Below the pieces are notes generated by a model. That model saw nothing but the letters and a program-made list of their open reading frames with translations. It ran no database searches and was not told the origin of the DNA. A stretch of DNA of 64,000 nt from positions 704,001 to 768,000 of the forward strand of contig CAXXLX010000002.1 in assembly GCA_963665235.2 (NCBI GenBank). Direction: 5' to 3'. Positions 61,610 to 64,000 of the stretch are shown piece after piece; position 1 is the stretch's first letter, and each line of letters begins with the position of its first letter. Source of the DNA: Candidatus Poribacteria bacterium (GTDB taxonomy: Bacteria; Poribacteria; WGA-4E; WGA-3G). The position numbers and the translations under genes were made by a program.

Positions 61610-63406
61610 GTGATGCGCCTTCAGTGGAAATACTCGTTAGTTATCAACCTAACGGTGCTTGCAGTTCTCGTCGCGTTTTACTTTTTTGATAGTATCCGAA
61701 TGCGACAGGATATGAACGCGCTCCATGCTTTAGGGGCAGAGCAAGGGGCTGTGCTAAAAAAAATCGCCGAAAACACTATTCTCAACACGATTGTCGCAGA
61801 ACTCACAACCTTACAGACATTTGACCCTGAGCACATCGACCGGGTTATTTTTCGCCTCAAACAGGAATCCCCGGACATGCAAGATGTTTTAAATATACAG
61901 GTCACCTTAGGCGATACACGCATCCGCTCAAGTCTGCTTACACCTGAAGGGACAACAGACATCTACTTGAACATAGATGACCGCCGTCAAATTGAGACAC
62001 AGGGGGCCAAAATTGACGCAATGGTAGGCGAAAATGCTACAACGCTCGTTCTTAAATACGCGGTGCCACCAAAGCGACTGGAGCCACCACATCTGGAACC
62101 GCAAATACCGCTCGAAGAAATTCCGCCTGAAGTGTGGCAAATGCTCTTGCCTAAAAAATTCAATATAGCACCAGATACAACGGTAACTGTGGAACAGGTG
62201 CCACCGGATTTGGCATATCAAAATGCATTGGACCTTGGAAAATTTCCCTATGAACTGTGGCGAATGTTTGTCGCAAATAAAATCTATCTATCACCAGACG
62301 CTACGGTGACTGTCGATGAAAAAAGTGCTAGATGGCACATTACAGATACCGAAAACCAGCATATCCACAGCTTATGGCGGCAGGAGGACACCTTCTATAT
62401 TCACATGCAAAACAACACCGGCTATATCCGAGTGCTTTTTGATGTACCGTATATTGAAAAATCTATCCGGTCCTCTCTGTTCCGGCACGCTATTTTTATC
62501 GTCATTGTTGGCGCATTACTCGTTATTCTCATTAGTTTAACAACAAACCACCTGATTATGAAACCGCTCACACGGATGACAGACATTATTGAGAACGCCG
62601 AAACCGTAGATTTCGCATCGGTACCGCTCACATACTCCGCTGATGAAATCAGCAAAGCGACATCTAATCTGCTACGGGTGTTTTTGCAGCTGAAAACCTC
62701 ACACTCAAAACGAATTACGGCACTCGGCCAATTCGCAGCTGGGGTTGCACACGAAATCCGGAACCCGCTCAATTCAATCGGGATGACAGCCCAACATTTA
62801 AAATCAATTTTTTCACAACCCAAAGTGACCCCCGAAGATATTGCGGAAGCGAAAGAATTCTTAGACATCGTAGATAAAAAAATTCAGGAACTGAAACAGA
62901 CTTCAGAGCAATTTTTGACACTGAATCGCCCACGAAAACTGAACCTGGAACCGATTAATATGAACACGCTCCTTGACTCGGTCCTCTCTGAGTTTGCGTT
63001 GGTCATGGAGGAGGCAAACGTCCAAGTTATTAAACATTACGCACTAGAATTGCCCGATGTGCAGCTAGATACAATGCTAATGCGGCAGACGATTTTCAAT
63101 CTGATACAAAATAGCATCCAAGCCATGCCGAAGGGCGGACGCATTTACCTGACGACTTATCTAGAAGAAACAGCTACTGGGTTCGCAATTCGCGATACTG
63201 GCCCCGGCATTCCTGAAGAAATTCAGGAACGAATTTACGATGCATATTTTACAACAAAAGAGGAAAGCAGCGGCGTAGGCCTCGGTCTAGCGATTTCGCA
63301 TCAGATTATTACCGCACATCAAGGAAAAATTGAACTCAAAAGCAAAGTCGGGATGGGAACAACCTTTAAAATCACGTTCCCACTCAAAACGGTAAATAGC
63401 AATTAG
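61610..63406 (+). CDS. Membrane sensor histidine kinase
   Basis: Two TM segments; AHEIRNPL, NSIQA, DTGPGI, GLGL. Confidence 0.93.
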   Translation: MMRLQWKYSLVINLTVLAVLVAFYFFDSIRMRQDMNALHALGAEQGAVLKKIAENTILNTIVAELTTLQTFDPEHIDRVIFRLKQESPDMQDVLNIQVTLGDTRIRSSLLTPEGTTDIYLNIDDRRQIETQGAKIDAMVGENATTLVLKYAVPPKRLEPPHLEPQIPLEEIPPEVWQMLLPKKFNIAPDTTVTVEQVPPDLAYQNALDLGKFPYELWRMFVANKIYLSPDATVTVDEKSARWHITDTENQHIHSLWRQEDTFYIHMQNNTGYIRVLFDVPYIEKSIRSSLFRHAIFIVIVGALLVILISLTTNHLIMKPLTRMTDIIENAETVDFASVPLTYSADEISKATSNLLRVFLQLKTSHSKRITALGQFAAGVAHEIRNPLNSIGMTAQHLKSIFSQPKVTPEDIAEAKEFLDIVDKKIQELKQTSEQFLTLNRPRKLNLEPINMNTLLDSVLSEFALVMEEANVQVIKHYALELPDVQLDTMLMRQTIFNLIQNSIQAMPKGGRIYLTTYLEETATGFAIRDTGPGIPEEIQERIYDAYFTTKEESSGVGLGLAISHQIITAHQGKIELKSKVGMGTTFKITFPLKTVNSN

Positions 63407-63646
63407 CAATTAGCGATTGGCGATTGGCGATTAATTGGAAACCAGAGGAAGAGGGGTTTGACGCATAGCAGAGATATGCTTAGCATCTCCAAATCTTATC
63501 AAATATCTGGCGAGGAATAGCAGTTTGATGCACAGCAGAGATATGCTTAGCATCACAACCTTCTTGCTAAATGCTTTGAAAATCGGGCATCAGGCTCACA
63601 GATAGTGTCCAAATTATAGTAAAAACAAAAAACGGAGAAATGAACA

Positions 63647-64000
63647 ATGGCAGCAATCTTGATTGTAGACGATGACAGTGACCAACTTACTATCCTACAA
63701 CGTATCCTGCAACGCGAGGGATACGACGTGGCGACCGCTGAAGACAGCACAGCGGCACTTGATAAAATTAAAGCACAGATGTTTGACTTAGTCATCAGTG
63801 ACATGCGCATGTCATCACAGTTTGAAGGACGCGACCTCCTCCGGGAAATAAAAAAACGTGACCCCGAGCTGCCGGTCTTAATCATGACAGCATTCGCTGA
63901 ACTCAACGATGCAGTGAATCTGGTCACGCACGAAGGTGCGTTTTACTACCTCGAAAAACCGATTCAGCTGGATGTGCTCAAACGTGAGGTAGAACGCGCC
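63647..64000 (+). CDS. Response regulator receiver, probably NtrC-type (partial)
   Basis: MAAILIVDDD...DLVISDMRM...MTAF...YLEKP; runs off window. Confidence 0.9.
   Translation, partial: MAAILIVDDDSDQLTILQRILQREGYDVATAEDSTAALDKIKAQMFDLVISDMRMSSQFEGRDLLREIKKRDPELPVLIMTAFAELNDAVNLVTHEGAFYYLEKPIQLDVLKREVERA

Overview
64-kb bacterial window of mostly housekeeping and accessory genes. The WD40/TolB proteins ending in WGxIK, the DUF1549/1553+DUF1501 pair and the ElbD-like enzyme suggest a Ca. Poribacteria-like organism (inference). Recognisable genes: tyrS, aroF, leuA, pepA, murQ, a selenocysteine formate dehydrogenase alpha subunit, three BMP lipoproteins, an Rpn nuclease and a two-component pair. 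Intergenic DNA is dense with REP-like hairpin arrays, heptamer repeats and several nested MITE families. Best leads: (1) an unannotated 44-aa Tyr/Phe/Trp/Leu-rich leader peptide with an antiterminator/terminator pair upstream of aroF-leuA; (2) a 527-bp ORF-less IS200/IS605-type element with its own promoter and a structured omega-RNA-like transcript; (3) a TusA-DsrE-TusA/OsmC-MetE-like sulfur-transfer cluster of unknown function; (4) RpnS-like repeat modules with intragenic start sites. All calls were made by eye; no searches or folding were run.
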